Of a stretch of DNA of 64,000 nt, positions 1-9,268 are shown piece after piece. Under the pieces are notes generated by a model, which saw only the letters and a list, made by a program, of their open reading frames with translations, was not told the origin of the DNA and ran no database searches. Both the position numbers and the translations under genes were made by a program. Source of the DNA: Archaeoglobaceae archaeon (lineage in GTDB: Archaea > Halobacteriota > Archaeoglobi > Archaeoglobales > Archaeoglobaceae); the NCBI GenBank assembly GCA_038893835.1, contig JAWAQR010000001.1, positions 63,382 to 127,381 on the forward strand, in the 5' to 3' direction. Within the stretch, counting starts at the first letter, position 1. Each line of letters begins with the position of its first letter.

Positions 1-1447
1 GACCAGTCATGCCGGTTGTTGAGTTATCCAGAATTACTAAGACGAATTTAGCTCCATTGTAAACAGCATTTATCAAAGCCGGTATTCCGGCGTGAAGAAA
101 AGTAGAATCTCCGATAGTGGCTATTATTTTATCCTTTAAAAGATGGGCCAATCCATTGGAAACGCCCACACTAGCACCCATGCAAATGGTTATATCCACA
201 GCTTCCATCGGTTTGTTAATTCCAAGAGTGTAACAGCCTATGTCGCTTGGAAGACAGGCATTTCCGAGTTCGTTCACAACTTTCCTTATAGCATAAAAAG
301 TGGCTGTATGTGGGCAACCTGCACAAAGAACTGGAGGACGAGGAGGGGCGAGAGACTTCAATTCGTCATTCTTTGTTATCGAAACCCTGTCAAAGCTAGT
401 TTCCAAGCCAAGAACTTTTGCAATTCCACCTTCCACTATATTTATGTTATACTCATAGTCCATTGGAAAGTAGCCATTCAATTTGCCGAAAGTTTTTATC
501 CCCATAGCCTTTATATGAAGCTCCAAAAAAGGATCGACCTCCTCAACCACGATTACAGCGTCGAGATTTGATGTAAACTTCTCAACAAGTTTCTCAGGCA
601 CAGGGTGTGCTGAAGACAACTTCAGCAACGGTAGATTTAGCTTCAAATTTTCCATAGCTTCCTTCACATAACTGTAACTTAGCCCACAAGCAACCACACC
701 AATCTTCCCCTTCCCATCCTCGATCCAGTTCATGCTCCAGTTGTTGAAAAATCTCTCAACCTCTTCGAGTTTTTTATCTAGAATTAGCTTCAACTTCCTC
801 GCATGAGCTGGTAAAACTACGTCGGTTTCTGGACTTCTCTTCCAATTTACTTTCTCAAGCTTTTTCCTCGGCAACTCTCCAAGAACCACAACTCCGCTTG
901 CATGACTTAACCTAGTATAGCTGCGTAACATGACTGGTAATGAAAATCTTTCAGAAATTTCAAAGCATTGTTTCGTCATTTCCTTAAGTTCTCCAACACT
1001 TGAAGCCTCCACTACAGGCAACTTTGCCATCTTTCCATACCATCTGTTATCCTGCTCATTCTGACTGCTGTGCATCATGGGATCGTCTGCTGAAACCAGC
1101 ACCAATCCACCCCTAGCGCCTACGTAAGCGAAGCTAAGCAGGGCATCCGCTGCAACGTTGACGCCAACGTGTTTCATACAAGCCATACCCCTTTTACCTG
1201 CAAGCGAGGCACCAATTGCGACTTCTAGTGCAACCTTTTCATTTGTAGAGTATTCCACATGATATTCAAGTCTATCCTTCAAAATTGAACATGCACTGCT
1301 CAAAGTATCTAGGATTTCTGAAGAAGGCGTTCCTGGATATGCTGCACAAACATCTATTCCAGCCTCAAGCGCTCCTCGTGCTATTGCCTCGTTTCCAAGT
1401 AGAAATACTCTTTCCCCAACGCTGTCCTTGATGACGTCTTTTAGCAT
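1..1447 (-). CDS. iorA: Indolepyruvate:ferredoxin oxidoreductase subunit alpha (3' end runs off the window)
   Basis: Absent from the ORF track; manual translation from ATG 1447 gives MLKDVIKDSVGERVFLLGNEAIARGALEAG..AAYPGTPSSEI..NEKVALEVA..MKHVGVNVAAD..SSQNEQD..RPPVLCAGCPH..DIGCYTLG..IGDSTFLHAG..ILDNSTTGMTG (TPP motif). Confidence 0.93.
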   Translation of the reverse strand, partial: MLKDVIKDSVGERVFLLGNEAIARGALEAGIDVCAAYPGTPSSEILDTLSSACSILKDRLEYHVEYSTNEKVALEVAIGASLAGKRGMACMKHVGVNVAADALLSFAYVGARGGLVLVSADDPMMHSSQNEQDNRWYGKMAKLPVVEASSVGELKEMTKQCFEISERFSLPVMLRSYTRLSHASGVVVLGELPRKKLEKVNWKRSPETDVVLPAHARKLKLILDKKLEEVERFFNNWSMNWIEDGKGKIGVVACGLSYSYVKEAMENLKLNLPLLKLSSAHPVPEKLVEKFTSNLDAVIVVEEVDPFLELHIKAMGIKTFGKLNGYFPMDYEYNINIVEGGIAKVLGLETSFDRVSITKNDELKSLAPPRPPVLCAGCPHTATFYAIRKVVNELGNACLPSDIGCYTLGINKPMEAVDITICMGASVGVSNGLAHLLKDKIIATIGDSTFLHAGIPALINAVYNGAKFVLVILDNSTTGMTG

Positions 1448-1524
1448 GAACACAAAATCGATTTGCGATTAAAATCCTTTTCATATTTTCATAAGAAACT
1501 TAATATCTATCATCAACTCTTTAT

Positions 1525-2772
1525 ATGTTTGATTTAGTCGTGGAAGGGGGAATTTGTCTCATCAATGGAAAATTCCTCGAATGTAATATCGGGATAGAAG
1601 GGAACAAAATTGCATTTGTTGGGAAAGAAAAGGTTATTGGAGAAGAAAAAATAAATGCCAAAGGTTGTCTGATCCTTCCCGGTTTTTTCAATGCCCATAC
1701 ACATTCGGCTATGACTATTCTAAGGGGATATGTAGAGGGGATTCCACTGAAAGATTGGCTCAATAAAGTCTGGAAGATTGAAGCGAGGTTCGATGAAAAC
1801 ATCGTTTACTGGGGAGCCATGCTTGCCTGCGTTGAAATGCTCAAAAATGGGATTACATGTTTTGCCGACATGTACATCCACATGGACAGCGTTGCGAGGG
1901 CTGTGAAGGAGAGTGGAATAAGAGCGGTATTGGGATACGGAATGGCAGACAGAGGAATTGAAGAAAAGGGGAAAGAAGAATTAAAAATAGCCCTTAAGTT
2001 CTTGGAAAAATGGAATCAAGAATCAAGGATAAAGTGCATACTTGCGCCACATGCAATATACACTTGTTCCCCAGAATTCCTTTCAAAGGTTAATGAAGTT
2101 GCGAAAGAAAAAGGTCTTTTGAAGCACATCCATGTTTCCGAAACTCTCTGGGAAGTGAAAGAATCGAAGAAAAAGTTTGGGAAGAGTCCTGTAGAATTAC
2201 TGGATTCCATAGGTTTTCTGGATAATAAAACAGTTCTGGCGCATTGTGTGTGGGTTAAAGATAGAGAAATAGATTTGATTGCTAAAAGAGGAAGTAGCGT
2301 AGCACATTGTCCTTCTAGTAACCTGAAGCTGTCTTCTGGGATAGCAAAAATAGTTGAAATGGTTGAGAAAGGAATTAATGTTGCAATAGGCACAGATGGA
2401 GCTGCGAGTAACAATCTTTTGAACCCATTTATTGAAATGAGAACTGCAATCTTGCTACAGCAGCTTAGAAGAAAGTTTCTAAGTCCAATGAAATACGTTG
2501 AGATGGCAACCAGAAACGGTTATATCGCATATGGAATCGATGGAGGGGAAATAGAGGTAGGTAGACTTGCAGACATCATCGTTTTTGAGCCAAAGTTACA
2601 AAATTTTCCATTATACGATTACGCAAATTCGCTCATCTTTTCTTCAAATGGATGTGAAGTCAGGGATGTAATTGTAGATGGTAAAGTAGTTGTTGAGGAC
2701 AGGCAACTCATATATGTGGATGAGGAAAAGGTAATTGAAAAAGTTGTCGATGCTACAGCATTACTTTTTTAG
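1525..2772 (+). CDS. mtaD: Amidohydrolase, 5'-methylthioadenosine/SAH (5'-deoxyadenosine) deaminase family
   Basis: PGFFNAHTH, APHAIYTC, HIHVSET, HCPSSNLKL, GTDGAASNN motifs. Confidence 0.85.
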   Translation: MFDLVVEGGICLINGKFLECNIGIEGNKIAFVGKEKVIGEEKINAKGCLILPGFFNAHTHSAMTILRGYVEGIPLKDWLNKVWKIEARFDENIVYWGAMLACVEMLKNGITCFADMYIHMDSVARAVKESGIRAVLGYGMADRGIEEKGKEELKIALKFLEKWNQESRIKCILAPHAIYTCSPEFLSKVNEVAKEKGLLKHIHVSETLWEVKESKKKFGKSPVELLDSIGFLDNKTVLAHCVWVKDREIDLIAKRGSSVAHCPSSNLKLSSGIAKIVEMVEKGINVAIGTDGAASNNLLNPFIEMRTAILLQQLRRKFLSPMKYVEMATRNGYIAYGIDGGEIEVGRLADIIVFEPKLQNFPLYDYANSLIFSSNGCEVRDVIVDGKVVVEDRQLIYVDEEKVIEKVVDATALLF

Positions 2773-2780
2773 TAATTATC

Positions 2781-3069
2781 AATGATGAGGTTTCGATCAA
2801 ACTTCTCAAGAAGAAGTCTTCTGAATTAGATGAAACTGAAAAACTTGAAAAATTTGAGGAAGAGGCAATAGAGGTATAGTTTACGTAATAGCTTCGACAT
2901 TCCTTTCAACACTCGTCGAAGCTGCGATGAGGTGCAAAAAGCCGGTGTTTTGCAGAATTCTTGAGTGATAGGAGAAGATAGCGTTTCAGCGGGAATAAAG
3001 CATTCGCTAGTCATGGTTTTAATAGCTTACATCGGCTTCAGCGTGATGTTTAGATTTGGAGTAATCTGA
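2781..3069 (+). pseudogene. Decayed gene remnants, ending in a C-terminal fragment resembling a type IV pilus/T2SS-F (TadC/FlaJ-like) membrane protein
   Basis: 2965-3069 reads VIGEDSVSAGIKHSLVMVLIAYIGFSVMFRFGVI* after an in-frame TGA; 2781-2879 reads NDEVSIKLLKKKSSELDETEKLEKFEEEAIEV* with no start. Confidence 0.45.
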
Positions 3070-4050
3070 TCACCAGGGAAATTTCACTGCTTTTATTTTT
3101 TTCCCCTGAAATTCTATTTCTTCGAAAAGACTTTCTCCAAGTATTTCTTCAAGCTTTTCAATTTCATTAGCTTTGTAAACTTCGAAAACTGGCACATCTG
3201 CCAGTCTCAACTTCTCAACAGCTTCTCTTGTAGTTAGATTTTCCATTTTTCTTTCAATCTCTTCCCTTATCCTTTCATAGTTGTTTATTCCATCCGCGAG
3301 ACTGATCTTTGGCATTCCAAGAACTTCGCAAAGTTTTTTCCAAAAATGCTCCTCCGCAACTATGCCTATGGTTATGTATCCGTCTTTTGTCTTGTATATA
3401 CCATATCCAGGATTCCTCGTCAGCGCTTTTACAAAGCTAAGACCGTTTAGGATTGAAGTGAAGTGAATTGGGACACCGAAAATTGCAGATTTCAGCATGC
3501 TAACATCTATCCTTTTTCCAACTCCAGTTCTTTCTCTCTCAATCAACGCCGAAAGTATCGCTATTACAGCCACCATTGAGGAAGAAAAGTCTGCAAACTG
3601 TAGATTTGGATCAAAAGGTTCCCCCTTTCCGCACAAGTCAAGTATGCCTGCCAATCCAAGGATGTTCACATCGTGAGCTGGAAACCTCGAGAACTTTGTT
3701 TTTTGTCCAAAAGCGGAAATTGAGCAATATATTATTCCAGGATTTATTTTCGAAATAGTCTCATAATCTATTCCAAGTCTTCTCGCAGTTCCAGGTCTGA
3801 GACCTTCAACTATGACATCGGATTTTTCAGCCATCTTTAGAAATTTTTCTCTTCCATCTTCTGTTTTGAGATCAAGCTGAATTATTTTCTTACCAAAGTT
3901 TAATACCGCATAAATTTCTCCAAGCGCTCTTGCCGGATCTCCGTAAGGTGGTTCGATCTTTATAACTTCTGCTCCCAAGGATGCTAAAATACGAGTGGCA
4001 AAAGGGGCAGGATAATAAAATGCAACTTCCAGAACTTTCACTTCCAGCAT
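3070..4050 (-). CDS. CaiB/BaiF family III CoA-transferase (methylacyl-CoA racemase-like)
   Basis: LGAEVIKIEPP, NFGKK..LDLK..GR, EGLRPG, IYCSISAFGQ, AHDVN, QFADF. Confidence 0.9.
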   Translation of the reverse strand: MLEVKVLEVAFYYPAPFATRILASLGAEVIKIEPPYGDPARALGEIYAVLNFGKKIIQLDLKTEDGREKFLKMAEKSDVIVEGLRPGTARRLGIDYETISKINPGIIYCSISAFGQKTKFSRFPAHDVNILGLAGILDLCGKGEPFDPNLQFADFSSSMVAVIAILSALIERERTGVGKRIDVSMLKSAIFGVPIHFTSILNGLSFVKALTRNPGYGIYKTKDGYITIGIVAEEHFWKKLCEVLGMPKISLADGINNYERIREEIERKMENLTTREAVEKLRLADVPVFEVYKANEIEKLEEILGESLFEEIEFQGKKIKAVKFPW

Positions 4051-4087
4051 GATTTCAATTAGTCTAAGAAAATATAAAGTTGTCTGA

Positions 4088-4483
4088 CTATTTTAAAATT
4101 ATGCCCTCAATCTTTTCTCTGTCTAAATTCTCTACCAACTGAATAAATTCGGCCAAGTCCTTCATCCAGACCTGGACAGCTTCAACTATTTTCTTCTTAA
4201 ATTCCTCAAAATTTATAGGCTTGTATAGATATTTATACCCTCCAGATCGGAGTATTCTGTAATCTCTTTCGACAAGCCCCTTTTCTAGCAGTTTTTGTAG
4301 GGACTTGTAAACTGTGCTTTTATCCTTATTTAAAGCATCCGCAAGATCATCGACAGTTGTAGGGTTCTTTTTTAAAAGATTAACATAGACTTCCATGTCA
4401 AAGCATGAGATGTCGAAGGAACACTTTAATATGCATTTGACATGTTCCGAACATTTCAGCTCCATAATATTGTTACTCATCAT
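4088..4483 (-). CDS. Winged-HTH transcriptional regulator (TrmB-like), start possibly at 4465 (MELKC)
   Basis: TVDDLADALNKDKSTVYKSLQKLLEKGLVER..GGYKYLY. Confidence 0.85.
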   Translation of the reverse strand: MMSNNIMELKCSEHVKCILKCSFDISCFDMEVYVNLLKKNPTTVDDLADALNKDKSTVYKSLQKLLEKGLVERDYRILRSGGYKYLYKPINFEEFKKKIVEAVQVWMKDLAEFIQLVENLDREKIEGIILK

Positions 4484-4543
4484 TTACTTTTTAAACTTTT
4501 GACTTTATAGCTATCATTTAAATGCCGATGCTGAAAATTTGAT

Positions 4544-5494
4544 TTGGGGTTAAAGATGATCATAGCCTTTGTAGGCTATCCGCTTTCTGGAAAAAGCACC
4601 GCAGCAGAGGTTGCAAAGGAGCTAGGAATTCCGGTTGTTACAATGGGGGACTTTGTAAGAGAAGAAGCGATGAAGCGTGGTTTGGAACCGAATGCAGAAA
4701 ATCTAGGTAAAATTGCAGAAGAGATTAGGAAAAAGGAGGGAATGGATGCAATAGCGAAGAGATGCATTCCTAAAATAAAATCTCTCGCTCCAATCGTTGT
4801 TGTTGATGGGATAAGAGGTATTGATGAAATTAGAGCTTTAAAGAGAGAATTTGGGAGCGTTGTTATAATTGCGATCGAAGCACCATTACAGCTTAGATTT
4901 CAGAGAGCGAAGCAGAGGGGGAGGAGTGATGATGTTTTGAGAATCGAAGATTTGATCGAAAGAGATCGAAGAGAAGAATCATGGGGGCTAAGAGAGGCTA
5001 TGGAAATCGCAGATTTCACGATAGAGAATACAGGAAACTTAAAGGACTTCAAGGAGAAGATCAAAGCATTGTTAAAAAAGCTTCTGAGCGTGGAAGTGGA
5101 AATAGAAACTTTCATACACCCAACTGAAGAGGAGGAAAAAGTTGTAAAGGCTGTTAAGAACCTCTTTCCAGATGCAAAGGTTGAAATAAGGGATGGAAAG
5201 TTATTTGCTACAGCCAGAGATTTGAAACAGTTCAAAGAATTGTTAAAGAGGCAAAAAATTCTCGACACAGCTCGAAGTGAGCTTATAAGATGCAAAAGAG
5301 GGAATGAGATAGTGATATATCTAAACAAACAAACGGCAACAGTTTCAAGGATAAATTTCTGCGATGAAGATGCAGTTTTATCTCCATTGAAAGTGACCTT
5401 TAGACTTCTGGGAGTCTCTTTTCAAAGATTCCTAGACTATTTAGCACCAATGACAAAAAATGGCAAACCTGTGAATGAAGTGGAAGAGTTATGA
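4544..5494 (+). CDS. UPF0200 P-loop kinase (CoaE/adenylate kinase-like) fused to UPF0201 RNA-binding domain
   Basis: GYPLSGKS P-loop and VVDGIR; C-terminal IHPTEEEEKVVKAVKNLF..LKRQKILDTAR..LNKQ (UPF0201). Confidence 0.8.
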   Translation: MGLKMIIAFVGYPLSGKSTAAEVAKELGIPVVTMGDFVREEAMKRGLEPNAENLGKIAEEIRKKEGMDAIAKRCIPKIKSLAPIVVVDGIRGIDEIRALKREFGSVVIIAIEAPLQLRFQRAKQRGRSDDVLRIEDLIERDRREESWGLREAMEIADFTIENTGNLKDFKEKIKALLKKLLSVEVEIETFIHPTEEEEKVVKAVKNLFPDAKVEIRDGKLFATARDLKQFKELLKRQKILDTARSELIRCKRGNEIVIYLNKQTATVSRINFCDEDAVLSPLKVTFRLLGVSFQRFLDYLAPMTKNGKPVNEVEEL

Positions 5495-5988
5495 ACCTGA
5501 ATCCAATTCATCGAATTCTTCTAACAACAGATGGCTCTGTAACAGCGATAATCGAGGCTTACACACAGAAGGCTGTGGTTGTGGAGACAGTTGAGCAGAG
5601 AATCATCAAAGCTGATGAGGAGATAGCGAAAAGATTGGGGATAAAAGAGGGAGATGAAGTGAACTATCGAATAGTTTATCTAAAAGCTGGTGGAGAAATA
5701 TATGCGAAGGCAATATCTTATACACCGCTGAAAAGACTTCAAAATGGTTTCAGAGATGACTTAATGCGTGCAGACATACCAATAGGGAAGATAATGAAAA
5801 AGCATAGGATAGAGGCTAGAAGGGAAATAAGATGGGGGGGAGTTTTGGAAAGCAAAGAGCTGGCTGTGGAGATGGGTGTTAGAAAACCATTTTTTATAGT
5901 CAGAAATTACAGCATAATTCATAGAAATGAAGTTCTCATGGATATAACGGAATTTTTTCCAATGGAAAAATTCGAGCAAAAGTTTTAA
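5491..5988 (+). CDS. Chorismate pyruvate-lyase-like protein (DUF98)
   Basis: RILLTTDGSVT, ADIPIGKIM, ITEFFP. Confidence 0.8.
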   Translation: MNLNPIHRILLTTDGSVTAIIEAYTQKAVVVETVEQRIIKADEEIAKRLGIKEGDEVNYRIVYLKAGGEIYAKAISYTPLKRLQNGFRDDLMRADIPIGKIMKKHRIEARREIRWGGVLESKELAVEMGVRKPFFIVRNYSIIHRNEVLMDITEFFPMEKFEQKF

Positions 5989-6027
5989 ATATCTTCTGAT
6001 CGAAGTTTAGAAAATTAAAAATATGAG

Positions 6028-6243
6028 GTGTTGAAATTGAAGGAATTCGGATTTAGCAGACCGCCTGTAAAAGTTGGGGATGTAAGGGAAGTGAAAATAG
6101 AAGCTTTGGGTAGCGAGGGAGATGGTATTGCAAAGATAAATGGCTTTGTGATCTTTGTGCCCGGAGCGAAACTGAACGATAACGTAAAAATAAGGATAAC
6201 AAAAGTTCTCAAAAAATATGGATTTGCGGAAATAGTTGATTAG
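6028..6243 (+). CDS. Single-TRAM-domain RNA chaperone
   Basis: PPVKVGD..IEALGSEGDGIAKINGFVIFVPGA..VKIRITKV..GFAEIV. Confidence 0.9.
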   Translation: MLKLKEFGFSRPPVKVGDVREVKIEALGSEGDGIAKINGFVIFVPGAKLNDNVKIRITKVLKKYGFAEIVD

Positions 6244-6539
6244 AGACTTTTGACCATTTCTTCAATTTTGGATATTAGTTCTTTTATTTTTTCAATCTCA
6301 CTTTTTAGATTTTCAATCTTCGAATAACCCTCATCTTTTATCATTGCTCCATATTGTGTTGGCACTATTATCCCTGACTGTTCCAGAACCCTTAGAGAAT
6401 ATCGAACTCTATGTTTTGGCATGTTTAGGAGGTCTGAGAGTTTGAAGATTCCTATGGGCTGCTTTTCCATTACAGCTTTTAGAACCTCGAGATGTCTTAT
6501 CACTATTTCCGCCTCAGATTGCAGTTTGCTGAATACCAT
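6240..6539 (-). CDS. Conserved archaeal HTH protein (COG3388-like)
   Basis: RHLEVLKAV..QPIGIFKLS..HRVRYSLRVLEQSGIIVPT. Confidence 0.75.
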   Translation of the reverse strand: MVFSKLQSEAEIVIRHLEVLKAVMEKQPIGIFKLSDLLNMPKHRVRYSLRVLEQSGIIVPTQYGAMIKDEGYSKIENLKSEIEKIKELISKIEEMVKSL

Positions 6540-6625
6540 AACTATAATAAGTATTTTGAGTATATAAAAGTTATGATAACTAGTCTCATTATTTTGATCT
6601 CATTGTCAAATCAAATTTATTATTA

Positions 6626-6967
6626 TTATTTTATTTCACTCACCTCTATCACTTCTAATGCAATGTTCGGCATCCTCTTCCCTATCTCTCTCTTCGCAAT
6701 TCTTTCAGCATGTTCTTTATTTTGAGCATTGAAAACCTTCATTTCCAAAATTAGTCCAACTAAAGCTGTTTTTGAAACCAGAAAAGCTGATTTAAATGCT
6801 GATCCACATTTTGGGCACTCAACTGTGCCCACGTTTATTCTAACAAAACTGAGATCTGGTGATAGCTTTTTTCCAGCTTCAGCGATCGCGATGTTTATGG
6901 CATCTTCAACTGTATCAACCCTTTTCACTATCCACCCTACCTGAACTACGACGAGATAATTTGGCAT
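6626..6967 (-). CDS. UPF0212 (DUF555) protein
   Basis: DAINIAIAEAGKKL, CPKC, ALVGLILEMKVFNA..EHAERIAK. Confidence 0.85.
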   Translation of the reverse strand: MPNYLVVVQVGWIVKRVDTVEDAINIAIAEAGKKLSPDLSFVRINVGTVECPKCGSAFKSAFLVSKTALVGLILEMKVFNAQNKEHAERIAKREIGKRMPNIALEVIEVSEIK

Positions 6968-7009
6968 AGCTTATCGCGTTTTTATGCTTAATAGCTGTTG
7001 CTAGACTCG

Positions 7010-7597
7010 CTATATCTTATAATACTTTTCGAACAGTTTTTTCCAATCAGTCTTGATAACAATTACTGTGAAAAAAATAGTCAGAATAAAGAGAAGGATA
7101 AAGCTGAATAAGTAATCACCCATGAATTCTCTCATGAATTCTCCTAAAAATTTCCCCGTTAAAAGGACAGAAGATGTCACGATGATTTTTCCAAAGAACA
7201 CGGCTGTAAAATAGTGAAGGAGTTTATACCTTGCTATTCCAAGTGGAATGTACAGCACGTCATCTGGCAAAGGACTTGCCGCGAAGAGAAAAATTGCAAA
7301 GAAACCCCATTTTTCAAAAATTTTCTGAAAAAACTGCAAATTTTCTTTTGTTTTTTCAGATAGTGCCAATCTCATTCCTGCTCCGATTGAGTAAATTATG
7401 ATTTTACCCATAGTTGCTCCTAGAGCGGAGATTATGGCGAGAATTGTCATTTCCTCAAAGCTCATAAGTGGGGAGAGGATGAAGAGAAAATTTAAATAAG
7501 GTATACTAACAAAAGGGATTGAATTGGAAATTAGAGAGATCAAAAAGATTCCGGGATATCGAAATCCTAGAAGACTATTTAGCAAATCTTCCAGCAT
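7010..7597 (-). CDS. DedA/VTT (SNARE-associated) membrane protein
   Basis: Hydrophobic; GATMGKIIIY, FAASPLPDD..IPLG. Confidence 0.8.
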   Translation of the reverse strand: MLEDLLNSLLGFRYPGIFLISLISNSIPFVSIPYLNFLFILSPLMSFEEMTILAIISALGATMGKIIIYSIGAGMRLALSEKTKENLQFFQKIFEKWGFFAIFLFAASPLPDDVLYIPLGIARYKLLHYFTAVFFGKIIVTSSVLLTGKFLGEFMREFMGDYLFSFILLFILTIFFTVIVIKTDWKKLFEKYYKI

Positions 7598-9226
7598 CTA
7601 CATCCTCTCCAAAGCCTTTATTCCGAGCAAATCCAAGCCAAGGCAAAGAACCTTTCTCACAGCTTTAACTATGGCTAGTCTGTGTTTTCTTATTTCATCC
7701 TCTGCCTTTAAAACCGGATAATCTCGATAGAAATCGTTGAACTTCGATGCCACGCTTAGCAAGTATTCTGCAAAGAGATTTGGTTTCAACTCTTCCACAA
7801 CCTTCTTTACATAATAGGGCATTTTTGAAAGAAGAACGACCAAATCGCGTTCAACCTTATTGCACAGCTCGGATTTGAATTCTTCTTTTTCATCCGCTTT
7901 CTTCAATATGCTGCAGGCTCTGGAATGCGTGTACTGGATATAGCTGGCAGTTTGCCTTTCAAAGTCTACTGCCTTCCTCATGTCAAAGATCATTGGTTTT
8001 TCTGGTGCAACTTTTATAAAATCAAATCTTATTGCTCCAACAGCTACGGCTTTGGCAATTTCCTCCCTTTCCTCCTCGCTGAATTCCCTGTTTGCAATCA
8101 ATCTTTTAACTTCTTCCTTAACTTTTTCTATCAGCTCATCAGCAGAGATAAATCTTCCCTTTCTCGTGCTCATTCTTCCTTCTGGAAGCGATACGAATTC
8201 AAAGAAAACGATTTCAGGTTTCTTTATTCCAAGAATGTCCAGAATTCTGCATAATTGCTGACCATAGAGCTTGTGATCTGCACCCCAAATATTTATCGAC
8301 CTTTCATAATTCTCGCTTTTCCATAGATGATATGCCAAGTCCCTAGTTATGTAAAGAGTCGTTTTATTTTCCCTTTTCAGAACGACTTCCTTCAAATCCT
8401 CGAACTCAATTATCCAAGCTCCCTCCTTCTTTATCAATCCTCTTTCATCGAGCAATCTTAAAACTTTTTCAACGTAACCGTTCCTGATAAAGTCGCTTTC
8501 CCATAAAAATTCATCGTGAAAGACGTTAAGCTTTTCTAGGGTTTCTTTTATTCCTTTCATTGCAAATTCGATCAGTTCTCTGAATTTTTTCACAGTCTCT
8601 GCGTCACCTTCCTCGTATTTTATCATGAGCTTTTCGACCTCTTTTTCCAACTCCTTTTTTTCCTCTAAAAGCCTATTCGCTGAAATATATGCATCGGCAA
8701 CAGCATGATCTGGCTTTTTACTGCTCAGACCAAGTTTCTCCACTCCTAGCAACGTTATCGCCATTTGTCTACCCATGTCGTTTATGTAATAATGCGTAGT
8801 AACATCAAATCCAGCCTTTTTGAAAAATCTTGCAAGAGTGTCTCCTATGACTGCATTTCTTACATGTCCAACATGTAAGGGCCCATCTGGATTTGCGGAG
8901 GTGTGCTCAATCAGAATCTTTCCTTTCATGTTCAAAGATCCATATTTTGGATCAGAGAGGATCAACTTGATCGTATCGCTGAGAAATTCTTGGTTGACAA
9001 AGAAATTTATGTAACCACCAACGATTTCAACTTTTCCAACATAACCAACGGGATTAATCGTCTCTACTATCGAACAAGCCACATCTTCAGGTCTGGAATT
9101 CCTTTCTTTTGCAATTTTGAAAGCTATTGTAGTTGATAGATCTGCATGCTCACTTTCTCTTATGTATCTCTGATCCGCAAAGTTTCCCAAGGTTCTAATC
9201 ACGTCATCGACGAACAGCAGAAACAT
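7598..9226 (-). CDS. argS: Arginine--tRNA ligase
   Basis: EHTSANPDGPLHVGHVRN, YITRDLAYH, MSTRKG, YIQYTHSRACSI. Confidence 0.97.
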   Translation of the reverse strand: MFLLFVDDVIRTLGNFADQRYIRESEHADLSTTIAFKIAKERNSRPEDVACSIVETINPVGYVGKVEIVGGYINFFVNQEFLSDTIKLILSDPKYGSLNMKGKILIEHTSANPDGPLHVGHVRNAVIGDTLARFFKKAGFDVTTHYYINDMGRQMAITLLGVEKLGLSSKKPDHAVADAYISANRLLEEKKELEKEVEKLMIKYEEGDAETVKKFRELIEFAMKGIKETLEKLNVFHDEFLWESDFIRNGYVEKVLRLLDERGLIKKEGAWIIEFEDLKEVVLKRENKTTLYITRDLAYHLWKSENYERSINIWGADHKLYGQQLCRILDILGIKKPEIVFFEFVSLPEGRMSTRKGRFISADELIEKVKEEVKRLIANREFSEEEREEIAKAVAVGAIRFDFIKVAPEKPMIFDMRKAVDFERQTASYIQYTHSRACSILKKADEKEEFKSELCNKVERDLVVLLSKMPYYVKKVVEELKPNLFAEYLLSVASKFNDFYRDYPVLKAEDEIRKHRLAIVKAVRKVLCLGLDLLGIKALERM

Positions 9227-9268
9227 GCCTATCCCTCTGCCCTTCTAAACTCTCGGAATAAAAATCTA

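Noticed and set aside
143-571. 142-aa plus-strand ORF, and the many other antisense or nested ORFs in the track
   Set aside because: Shadow ORFs of well-supported genes (here iorA), with no motifs or SD
2782-2824. Possible C/D-box sRNA (ATGATGA ... CTGA)
   Set aside because: Only 43 nt with no clear D'/C' boxes; the same bases read as a protein-like fragment
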